A stretch of 14,486 nucleotides of DNA from Candidatus Hodarchaeum mangrovi (GCA_016839515.1 JAEOUE010000118.1:1-14486); one strand, 5' to 3'. Numbered from the stretch's first letter, positions 1 through 8,095 are shown. Notes: generated by a model from the sequence alone, not told the origin. Program-made: numbers and translations.

Positions 1-52
1 ACATGAATACAAATCTTTTCACCAGAGTGTATTTTTTATATCTTCTATTCAT
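1..52 (-). CDS. Possible 5' end of a gene running off the left edge (MNRRYKKYTLVKRFVFM...)
   Basis: ATG at 52-50 is open to the window edge. The basic N-terminus resembles a signal-peptide n-region. GGAAGA lies just upstream, with TTTATATA on the minus strand at 99-92. Only 17 codons are visible. Confidence 0.3.
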   Translation of the reverse strand, partial: MNRRYKKYTLVKRFVFM

Positions 53-91
53 TTATCTTCCATTTATTACAATCAAGGTTTTTATGCACTA

Positions 92-99
92 TATATAAA
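92..99 (-). promoter_or_regulatory. Candidate archaeal TATA box (TTTATATA) for the leftward gene
   Basis: Matches the TTTAWAWA consensus about 40 nt upstream of ATG 52. The AT-rich background weakens it. Confidence 0.3.
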
Positions 100-336
100 G
101 TCTAGGAATAGTATCTTTAAAAACAGTAGGTATCGCATGTTATTGTTTTCAGAACGCATGTAACCTACGACAAAAATTGCAACCATTAGTAAACCAATTT
201 TATCACTCAATTTGATATTTTTTAATTATTTTGACAAACTCGTGTTTAAAATATCAAAATCATTCTTTATATACTTATTTTAAGTATTTATGAAAAATCT
301 CTAAATATTTTGAACAATTGACGCTGAAAATGTAAA

Positions 337-352
337 TTTCTTTATAAAGAAA
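337..352. promoter_or_regulatory. Perfect 16-bp palindrome TTTCTTTATAAAGAAA centred on TTTATAAA
   Basis: Read directly. It lies in the intergenic region upstream of the aminotransferase. Confidence 0.35.
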
Positions 353-471
353 CTTCAATTTATTCTGGAAACCAACATCTAGTTGAGCTTTTTTCTACCT
401 CACACTTTTTATCTCAATTGTTTATCTAAGTTCATTAAAATTCCTTAACGTATAGTGAATAAAATAATAGG

Positions 472-1824
472 TTGGATAGTGTGTTTCTCCATAAAGAACT
501 AGAAAAGTACTTCAAAAAACGAATTCGATCTACTAGCCTATGGGAAGAAAGTGTAAAGGTTTTAGCAGGAGGTATTTCACATAATATTAGAAATCTTAAT
601 CTCCCATTAATTAATGCATTTCCTCCATTTATTAAAGAGGGTCAAGGGATAACTGTCAATGATATAGATAATAATTCATATACTGATTATTGGTGTGGCC
701 ATTATGCTCTAATACTAGGACATAAACATCCTACTGTAATTAATGCACTTCGTGAACATCTAGAGCTGGGATGGCACTTTGGAACTGTTCTTGAGAATCA
801 AACCAGACTTGCTAGTCAAATAATTCAGGATAATCCTGGTATTGAAAAAGTCCGATTTTGCACTTCTGGGACTGAATCTACCATGTATGCTAGCCGATTA
901 GCACGAGCTTTTACGAAAAAAAGGTTAATTATCAAAGCACGGATGGGATGGCATGGAGCTAATGATACATTATGCTATGATGTTCGTTACCCCTTCACTG
1001 GACAAGATAGTGTTGGTTTACTTTCTTTAGAAGAAGCAGGAGTGTTGACGTTTGATATTCAAGATAATATGGAAACTATTGACCTCCTGATCAAAAATTA
1101 TCCAAATGATATAGCAGCGATAATCATTGAACCTGTTCTAGGCGGTGGTGGAGGTTTTCCAGTTGATATTGATCTTTTAAAATTTTTAAAAGAAGTTACG
1201 ATAAAAAATAATAGTCTTTTAATATTTGATGAGGTAATAACTGGCTATAGATTTAGATATGGATTATATCAAAACCTAATTAATGTTATCCCTGATTTAA
1301 CTTGTATGGGAAAGATTGTTGGAGGAGGTTTGCCATGTGGAATCATTGGTGGAAGAGACGATGTTATTGAAATGGCAAATCCACAAAATCCAAATCGTGT
1401 ATGGATCGGAGGAGGTACTTTCTCCGCAAATCCGTTGGCAATGGTTGCAGGATTAAAGACTTTAGAAGAGGTAAGGAAGCAGAAATTTGAGTACTCACGA
1501 ATTAACAAGTTAGGAACTTCTCTTAAGGATAGATTGAACTCCTTCTTCCAAGAGAATAATTTAAAATTTTATGCTACTGGATTTAACTCATTAATAACTA
1601 TCCATAGCTTGAATCGGCCTCTCTCTGATCCTCTCCCACTAGATTTAGTGAACGAGGCAAATAAAAAACGTGAAGCTTTACTTAATCTTGCACTATTGAA
1701 TCGTGGGATAATGGGAATGCATGGTATCGGTTCCTTGTCACTACTTCATCAAGATATTCATATTGATTATTTAATGGATGTAATTGAAGAGATTTCCCCC
1801 ATTATTTCATCGTTTGAGTTTTAA
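472..1824 (+). CDS. Class III PLP aminotransferase, glutamate-1-semialdehyde aminomutase (HemL)-like
   Basis: Motifs SGTEST, IIIEPV, LIFDEVITGYR, PLP-lysine motif DLTCMGKIVGGGLP and GGTFSANP. TTG start. Several HemL-specific motifs are altered, so no symbol is given. Confidence 0.9.
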   Translation: MDSVFLHKELEKYFKKRIRSTSLWEESVKVLAGGISHNIRNLNLPLINAFPPFIKEGQGITVNDIDNNSYTDYWCGHYALILGHKHPTVINALREHLELGWHFGTVLENQTRLASQIIQDNPGIEKVRFCTSGTESTMYASRLARAFTKKRLIIKARMGWHGANDTLCYDVRYPFTGQDSVGLLSLEEAGVLTFDIQDNMETIDLLIKNYPNDIAAIIIEPVLGGGGGFPVDIDLLKFLKEVTIKNNSLLIFDEVITGYRFRYGLYQNLINVIPDLTCMGKIVGGGLPCGIIGGRDDVIEMANPQNPNRVWIGGGTFSANPLAMVAGLKTLEEVRKQKFEYSRINKLGTSLKDRLNSFFQENNLKFYATGFNSLITIHSLNRPLSDPLPLDLVNEANKKREALLNLALLNRGIMGMHGIGSLSLLHQDIHIDYLMDVIEEISPIISSFEF

Positions 1825-1841
1825 AAAGAAGGAAAGGTAGA
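1825..1841 (-). terminator. Pyrimidine/oligo-T tract after the Mrr-like gene
   Basis: The minus strand reads TCTACCTTTCCTTCTTT(TT) directly after the stop, in a 17-nt gap between convergent genes. Confidence 0.3.
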
Positions 1842-2228
1842 TTATAATACCTCTAATCGATTCATAATTAGGGAAATTAATTCTCCTCGGGTTAATAACC
1901 CAATTTCAGTCTTTTCAGCTAATCTTTGTGCGGAGTAAGAAAAACCCATTGAGGAAACAATAATTATTTTATTTAACATGGGTTGACACGTTTGTAAAAG
2001 TTCCTCCGCCTTATGAATTTGTCCAACCCCAACAACTCGTTTCCAATCACGAATTATTATGCCAGTATATTCAGATTGTGATCCTTTATGTTTAATTATA
2101 CATGACAATCTGGAATCAGCAAGTTTGTGTTTGAAAACCTGCATAGGGTGTAAACAAACCATTCCAAGTGACTCAAATACCTTAATAACTAAGTCTTGTA
2201 ATTTCATCGAATGTAATTCTGCATCCAT
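1842..2228 (-). CDS. Stand-alone Mrr-type restriction-endonuclease-fold protein, catalytic motif degenerate
   Basis: Mrr_cat-like pattern: LV..VFESLG, WKRVVG...I, KIIIVSSMGFSYSAQRLA, IGLLTRGELISLI. No canonical D...(E/Q)xK motif. Confidence 0.75.
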   Translation of the reverse strand: MDAELHSMKLQDLVIKVFESLGMVCLHPMQVFKHKLADSRLSCIIKHKGSQSEYTGIIIRDWKRVVGVGQIHKAEELLQTCQPMLNKIIIVSSMGFSYSAQRLAEKTEIGLLTRGELISLIMNRLEVL

Positions 2229-2520
2229 TTTTATACCTACGATAATTTTCTGAATTTTCGTGATTGTGTATATGTCTGTCCGTTTGTTTTTATTCTCTCA
2301 TAACATTTAAATAATCTTGCAATGTTCGTGGTGCAATATTTCTATTATCTAAAACGACTTTATTCATATTTCAATAAAAAAAACCGACTTAAATTAAAAA
2401 TTTAGAAAAAAATTGTTTATCCAACCCTGAATAATTTCTTTTAACTGTACGAAGGAGTTGAGAACAAATATGTCACTTTACCTTTAAGAGGTATCAAAAA
2501 ATCTCGTAGGAGGAAATTTT

Positions 2521-2534
2521 ATACTTTAAAGTAT
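2521..2534. promoter_or_regulatory. Perfect 14-bp palindrome ATACTTTAAAGTAT overlapping the likely TATA region of the kinase gene
   Basis: Read directly. It ends 26 nt before GTG 2560, and a related CTTTTAAAG follows at 2541-2549. Confidence 0.4.
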
Positions 2535-2559
2535 TTTTGACTTTTAAAGGCAATAAAAA

Positions 2560-3642
2560 GTGAAACTTATGGATTTGAATATCAGGGCACCAGGTCGTGT
2601 TGTTTTATTTGGTGAACATCAAGACTACCTTGGGTTGCCCGTTATACCAGCAGCAATCGATCTTTATATGACGGTTTATGGAAAGAAGCATGAAAATCCC
2701 TATTATAAAATTGATCTTCCTGATTTGAAGAAAAAAGAGCAATTTAGTTCCTTTAACATTCAATATCTGGGAGATCGTGACCGTGATTATCTACGTGCAG
2801 GGGTTAAAGTACTCCAAGAAGAAAATGTTGTACCTCAAAATAAAGGGGTAGTAGCTACTATAACTAGTGAAATACCTATCCAAGCTGGATTATCTTCTTC
2901 CTCTGCATTAAATGTAGTTTGGATTCAGTTTTTAGCGAGACTTTTTGGGGCTGAATTAGATCCACTATCTCTCACGAAGCTTGCTCATAAAGCTGAAGTT
3001 CTGGAATTTCAAGAACCAGGTGGTATGCAGGATCACATGGTAATTTCCCATGGTTACTTGAATTATGAAGAGTTTGATCCTATTAAGTGTACACGTTTAC
3101 GTGAAAATTTACCTGGGATAGTAATTGGGAATTCTAAAGATAAAAAGGATACTCTAAATACTTTAAGAACAATTAAAGAGGCAGTTAATACTGGATTAAC
3201 GTATTTAGGAAAATCAAATGTAAAACAACTTAAGGAAGGAGATATTACTGAATTAAATAATTCATATTCCTCTTTGGATAGCTTCTCAATTAATGCACTA
3301 AAAGCTGCTTTTACTAATTATAATATTACTCAATTTGCCTATAATGAGTTTTTAAAAGTTGACATTGATCAGTTAAAAATTGGGGATTTACTTTCAAAAC
3401 ACCATGAAAGTTTACGAGATTTTCTTGATGTCAGTACACCAAAAATTGAGAAATTAATTCGAGCAGCCACAGACGCTGGGGCACTAGGTTGTAAAATTAC
3501 TGGTTCAGGCAATGGGGGATGTATGATTGCATACTGCCCTGGAAACGAGATAAAAGTAAAGAAAGCAATTGAACTGAATGGGGGAGAAGCGCATATTGCT
3601 CATGTGGTTCCTGGTGTAGGAAGGAATAAAATTGTTGGTTAA
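2560..3642 (+). CDS. Galactokinase-family GHMP sugar kinase
   Basis: APGRVVLFGEHQDY (GalK sugar-binding signature), PIQAGLSSSSA (ATP loop), GGMQD and GCKITGSGNGGC. Start is GTG 2560 or ATG 2569. Confidence 0.9.
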   Translation: MKLMDLNIRAPGRVVLFGEHQDYLGLPVIPAAIDLYMTVYGKKHENPYYKIDLPDLKKKEQFSSFNIQYLGDRDRDYLRAGVKVLQEENVVPQNKGVVATITSEIPIQAGLSSSSALNVVWIQFLARLFGAELDPLSLTKLAHKAEVLEFQEPGGMQDHMVISHGYLNYEEFDPIKCTRLRENLPGIVIGNSKDKKDTLNTLRTIKEAVNTGLTYLGKSNVKQLKEGDITELNNSYSSLDSFSINALKAAFTNYNITQFAYNEFLKVDIDQLKIGDLLSKHHESLRDFLDVSTPKIEKLIRAATDAGALGCKITGSGNGGCMIAYCPGNEIKVKKAIELNGGEAHIAHVVPGVGRNKIVG

Positions 3643-4006
3643 TCAAATATAATACAGTCTAGAAATTAAAATCATAAGAGTTATGGATCTCCTATCAAAT
3701 AAATCATTATTGATAGTATTATCAGGAGGGTTAGATAGCACTGACATTGATTAGATTACTGAACTTAGTGACACTAGAATTAAGTCCTCAACGTCTATAG
3801 TTTTGACTTTGAAATAATATTTTTTTAATAAGTAAATAAACATCTTTGTATAATGAAGGAGGAGTATAAATATTGGATTTTTAAGGAAATTAATTTATTT
3901 GAGAAAGATTTCTTCTTTTTTAATTACCTGATTCATTATCTTTAATTTTTTGAATGCCTTTAAAATATTGGGATTTTGTTATTAGCTATTCTTTCTGGGG
4001 ATTTAA

Positions 4007-4480
4007 ATGACCTTTGAAGAACAGAAATTTCCTTATAAATGGTTTAATGCAATAATTAATACATTAAATAAATAAAAAAATGATTCACATCTATTATCCT
4101 TTGAGATAGCCAGTCAAATCGGATCGTGTGTTTCTGATGCTAGTGAATCAACAAGGATGCTATACTATCTATTGCATTTTGGGAAATTAGATAAAGATCA
4201 ACATGGAAAATGGTACTTAATCTCTGATTCCCCAAATAAATTTCCAGAAATTGATTTTCGGATTAAATATCTCCAAAATCTTGTTGAAATCTTGAAAATC
4301 ATCCAGAACGCTGATCACCCAATACATATTGATGAATTAACCGAAATCGTGAATTTTGGGTCAGATTACGTTTTACAGGCTCTAGAATTTTATGCTTCAA
4401 TATCTCAAAAGGGGAAAATATATTCAGAAGGGAAAGGTTATCAAAGATCTTGGAGAATAATAGACTGGCCTTCAAAGTAA
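4007..4480 (+). pseudogene. Tandem winged-helix protein gene (157 codons before the final stop) interrupted by an in-frame TAA at 4073-4075
   Basis: ATG 4007 is preceded by GGGGA and is in frame with ORF 4157..4480. Translation: MTFEEQKFPYKWFNAIINTLNK*KNDSHLLSFEIASQIG...MLYYLLHFGKL...GKWYL, then a second helix-helix-helix-wing unit ending GKI...SWRI. Confidence 0.6.
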
Positions 4481-6784
4481 TTGAATATTTTTCCCATCAA
4501 ACGTAACCATCCCACGGATAGATAACATTTTTAGGACTGGAATGATTTCTTCTTCACTCCGATTTAACATCATACAAATTCTATCTGTTGTTGTTGAAGG
4601 ATTGAATTTCAAAATTGTAATTATTGCTTCTACAGCATCTGGGGATTCAGTTGATTTCATTGCTCCAAGTCGATGAGTAGAATCTGAGCCAATTAAATGA
4701 GCAAAGATTACTTTGAATATAGTGATTCGATCAAGGCATTCTTCAAAAATATAGGACATTGCTTGAGATCTTGAAATAGTATGACGATCTACAGTCAAAT
4801 CTCCTGCACTAGCATAATCTAATAATTTTTTAGTAGCAAGTAAAGCTTGGTTACTATGAAAATCGATATAATAAAGACCACCATACTCAGTAAGTGACTC
4901 TGCTAGATCAAGCGATTTCGTTGCAGTTCTTTGTATAGAAAGTTCCTCATCTCTTAAGATGAAAGCGTATCGGATATTACCTTTCACTAATTTCTTTAAT
5001 CGTCTTAAACTTTGAAATACAGTTGAACCATGTTCTGAGTTATTAATTTCGATTCCTACAGAGGTAGGCCCACGAGCAGTTTGATAAGTGAAAACTAGAT
5101 CAAGGCCTTTGGTATCAGCGTCAATTAAATTCCTATCAACACGAACATTCAATATCGTTAATCCATAAATAGGTATATTCTTCTCTATTGCAGCATTCAA
5201 TAATTCATATAGCACTCCCTTTGTAAAATCCCGACGCACAGGATGAGGATATTCATATATCTCAGTTTCAAATTCCCTTGCATAATTTCCCCATTTTCTT
5301 TCTAAAAAACTAATGATTTGTGATGGTGGAGAAGCTGGAGTTTTTGTGGTAGGGACTAATTCATTTAATGTTTTTATAGCAGCTTCTGATGAAGTTTGAG
5401 GGGTAATTGGAGGGGGAGAAGGGACAATCTCCTCCTCTAAGAATAGGTCAGCTAATTGTTCCTTTTCCTCAGTAGATAAAGCTAAAAAGCCTTGTTTACT
5501 TGTCTGACTTAGTTCAGATTCTTGTACTACCTTATCAGGAGTCATAGGTGGTACTCCAGCAATCGCATGAATTTGAATTTCTGTTTCAATATCTTTATCA
5601 GTCAAAACACGGATTAATCCTTGATCCTTAAATTCATTGAGTCTATCACGTAAATTACGAAGGAAAAGTCTCGGATTTCCCTCTGTATTTTGTTTAGCTA
5701 TGTTAATATATTCCTCTGAAAACGGATATGTCGGAAAAGGAGGAGAAATTCCTGAATCTTTGAATAATGTATCAAATCGAGCTTTTGCTAAAAGCATAGC
5801 AGTATCAGTTGATAAGGGTTCCAAAGTAGTGATATAATCAATTCTTTGGCGAGAATATTCAGGAACCTCATTTACAATAGATTCATTCCATACAATAGAC
5901 TGTACCATTGCAAGTACTAGGATATGTTTACACTGGTTATAGAGATTTGTAAGAGAATCAAATAATAATTGAATTCCATTATCTCTTTTGAAACGAATAT
6001 AAATGGATTCTAGCTGATCGAAGCTTAATAAAATTGGTTTTTTTGCGAGAGCTGTGATTGTATGAATAATTGATAAAGCTCTACTCTCGGTACTGATAGA
6101 TTCTGGGACATCTAACCTTTCTAAATCTGATTCAGAAATTTCTATGCCAGATAGCCATTTAAACGCTGTTGGTCTTACAGTGGGATTTAATGTATGAAAA
6201 AGAACTTCTAGAAACTGAATGTCTATATCAGGAGCAGTTGTTGCCAAATAATTAATTGCCATCTTTCTAAGATTTGTTGCATAGAATTTTTCTGGTTTAA
6301 ATGAAAAAATCTTAAGAGGATCATTTTCGAACGAAGCAGCAAGGCTACTTGCGACAGGATTATCAGGGAGCCCGTCACTAAGTGCACGAGAAATTACCTC
6401 TCCTATGAACTTTTCAAGAGGACTAAATTCCTCTCCTTCCCCTTTCTTTCTCAAGCTTATCATGATTTCTTGCAGAATATGACCATAAATTCTTTGTAAA
6501 TCACCTAGTGGCCTGACTGAGATAAATAGATAATTTTGTTCCTCAGCGATCCGTCGGAGTCGTGCGAGAATATGAGTTTTACCTACACCGGCATCTCCCA
6601 AGATCATACACATTCCTGATCGTCCTGTTGAGCGGACTTCATCAAGAGTCTCCAGTACGACCCGAGTCGCTTTTCGGTTTATTTCGGGGACGTCTATTAC
6701 TTCAGATTGCCATGGATCCCCTACACTTGTGCTTCGGAATGGATTGACTTTTCCAAGAATAATTGCATCATATATTTCAGGCAT
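4472..6784 (-). CDS. AAA+/P-loop ATPase (BrxD/DUF2791- or AAA_16-like) with Pro-rich linker, PD-(D/E)xK-like domain and C-terminal wHTH
   Basis: Walker A GDAGVGKT (6598-6575), KWLSG, Walker B LLSFDQLE, Arg-finger-like SRQRI and sensor-2-like GNPR. GLDLVF...VGIEIN near 5107-5042. The terminal ~55 aa look like a wHTH. Confidence 0.85.
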   Translation of the reverse strand: MPEIYDAIILGKVNPFRSTSVGDPWQSEVIDVPEINRKATRVVLETLDEVRSTGRSGMCMILGDAGVGKTHILARLRRIAEEQNYLFISVRPLGDLQRIYGHILQEIMISLRKKGEGEEFSPLEKFIGEVISRALSDGLPDNPVASSLAASFENDPLKIFSFKPEKFYATNLRKMAINYLATTAPDIDIQFLEVLFHTLNPTVRPTAFKWLSGIEISESDLERLDVPESISTESRALSIIHTITALAKKPILLSFDQLESIYIRFKRDNGIQLLFDSLTNLYNQCKHILVLAMVQSIVWNESIVNEVPEYSRQRIDYITTLEPLSTDTAMLLAKARFDTLFKDSGISPPFPTYPFSEEYINIAKQNTEGNPRLFLRNLRDRLNEFKDQGLIRVLTDKDIETEIQIHAIAGVPPMTPDKVVQESELSQTSKQGFLALSTEEKEQLADLFLEEEIVPSPPPITPQTSSEAAIKTLNELVPTTKTPASPPSQIISFLERKWGNYAREFETEIYEYPHPVRRDFTKGVLYELLNAAIEKNIPIYGLTILNVRVDRNLIDADTKGLDLVFTYQTARGPTSVGIEINNSEHGSTVFQSLRRLKKLVKGNIRYAFILRDEELSIQRTATKSLDLAESLTEYGGLYYIDFHSNQALLATKKLLDYASAGDLTVDRHTISRSQAMSYIFEECLDRITIFKVIFAHLIGSDSTHRLGAMKSTESPDAVEAIITILKFNPSTTTDRICMMLNRSEEEIIPVLKMLSIRGMVTFDGKNIQLL

Positions 6785-6963
6785 TAAGTCATGCTTCCGT
6801 GACTGCTTGTTTGCCTTATAACTTCCCTAACTGGTTTTGAAGGATGGCACTGCTAGCTTAATTGAATTGAAGATTTTTGTCGGTTTTTTTAACTCTTTAT
6901 ACCTTCTACTTAATAATGGGTTTATAAGGATTTTATTAAACCAGAAACTTTCACCTTCTTAAA

Positions 6964-7011
6964 TCCTTATGTTATGAGTGACATAAGGAAAGAGAAGAAA
7001 AAGATGAAATG
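6964..7011 (-). terminator. Pyrimidine tract plus hairpin downstream of the class V aminotransferase
   Basis: The minus strand reads TTTCATCTTTTTCTTCTCTT, then an inverted repeat TCCTTATGTCA-CTCA-TAACATAAGGA (6989-6964, one mismatch). Confidence 0.5.
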
Positions 7012-7012
7012 A

Positions 7013-8095
7013 TTATTGAGTTAAATCATCTATCGTTTTAAGATATTTTTTCACTTCTTCAAGCGTCCTATCTCCCATATGGGCAATTCGGAAGTTGGAT
7101 TCTTTGAACTTTCCATATCCTTCAGAAAAGAAATAGCCTTTTTTCATTAGATCAGCTTTTAATTTAGAAACGTGAATTCCTTTTGATTCAATACATGTTA
7201 CTGTATTACTAGCAACGTGTTCATCAGCAAATAGGCTTAACCCTTTATTTTTGGCCCAGTTTCGTGTGTAGTCCGCCATTATTGTATGTCTTGCCCAGCG
7301 ATTTTCTATTCCTTCTTCATCGATGATTTTATGAAGCTGATATTGTAGTTGATAATAAATGGGGATTACAGGGGTAGCAGGTTGCATCCCATTCTTATCA
7401 TGATATTTCTTAAGGTCTATGAAGTCAAAATACAATCCTCTATTTGGAATAGTCACTGCTTTTTCTAAAGCTTGTTTTGACACAGAACCTACAGCCAGTC
7501 CTGGAGAAAGGGCCATACATTTTTGTAATCCAAAAAAGAATACATCAATTTCCCAATCATCGATTCGGGCTTCAATACCTCCAGCACCTGAAACCGAATC
7601 AACAAGGAGAAGACAATTATGGTCTTTAACGGTTTTATAGATATCTTTTAAGGGAGTCATTACTCCAGTAGAAGTCTCATTGTGTGTTATACATACAGCA
7701 TCATATTCCTTTTGGTCTAATGCCTCATTGAGAGTTTTGCGATCCACCGCTTTTCCCCAAGGAATTTCTAGCATATCTGCTTCTTTTCCATTAGCTTTAG
7801 CAATATCGTACCATCTTTCTGCAAATGCTCCATTTATAACATTTAAAACGCCTTTCTCGCCCACACAATTTCGGATTGCTGCTTCCATATATCCTGTTGA
7901 AGACGATGTTGACATTATAATGTCATTTTGGGTAAAAAGTAGTTTCTGTAAATAGGAGGTTATATCTTTGTGAAGATTACCCATTTCGGGGCTCCGATGA
8001 GCAATAATCGGTAATATCATTTTTTCTCTACAATCTTTGGATACATTCACTGGTCCTGGAATGAATAAATCAAGGAATTTTATATTTTCAATCAT
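7013..8095 (-). CDS. Class V PLP aminotransferase (alanine/serine-glyoxylate or archaeal phosphoserine aminotransferase family)
   Basis: Motifs FIPGPV, IAHRS, SSSTGYME, HNETSTGV, VDSVSG, GLQKCMALSPG (PLP Lys) and FRIAHMG. ATG 8095 is preferred over 8140 because of the family N-terminus length and an upstream GGAAGAG. Confidence 0.92.
   Translation of the reverse strand: MIENIKFLDLFIPGPVNVSKDCREKMILPIIAHRSPEMGNLHKDITSYLQKLLFTQNDIIMSTSSSTGYMEAAIRNCVGEKGVLNVINGAFAERWYDIAKANGKEADMLEIPWGKAVDRKTLNEALDQKEYDAVCITHNETSTGVMTPLKDIYKTVKDHNCLLLVDSVSGAGGIEARIDDWEIDVFFFGLQKCMALSPGLAVGSVSKQALEKAVTIPNRGLYFDFIDLKKYHDKNGMQPATPVIPIYYQLQYQLHKIIDEEGIENRWARHTIMADYTRNWAKNKGLSLFADEHVASNTVTCIESKGIHVSKLKADLMKKGYFFSEGYGKFKESNFRIAHMGDRTLEEVKKYLKTIDDLTQ

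Noticed and set aside
1269-1508. 79-aa minus ORF
   Set aside because: Antisense shadow inside the aminotransferase, with no motifs.
2059-2253. 64-aa Cys-rich plus ORF
   Set aside because: Antisense to the Mrr-like gene. The Cys spacing forms no convincing metal-binding motif.
3700-3790. C/D-box sRNA candidate (two CTGA motifs)
   Set aside because: No good RTGATGA C box, and the spacing is too short for guide regions.
3853-3945. 30-codon ORF MKEEYKYW... and nearby GGAGG motifs (about 3725 and 3858)
   Set aside because: Short and low-complexity. The SD-like motifs are not properly spaced from a start codon of a credible ORF.
4007-4480. Tandem wHTH protein as ESCRT-II Vps25
   Set aside because: Size and tandem WH fit, but there are no PPxY/F motifs and no ESCRT genes nearby.
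5637-6747. Plus ORFs 5637..5837 and 6562..6747
   Set aside because: Both lie antisense within the ATPase gene.
4472-6784. ATPase as Orc1/Cdc6 or part of a complete BREX locus
   Set aside because: It is much longer than Orc1/Cdc6, with a large insert between Walker A and B. No ORB repeats or other BREX genes were seen.
7419-7955. Plus ORFs 7419..7640 and 7680..7955
   Set aside because: Antisense shadows of the class V aminotransferase.
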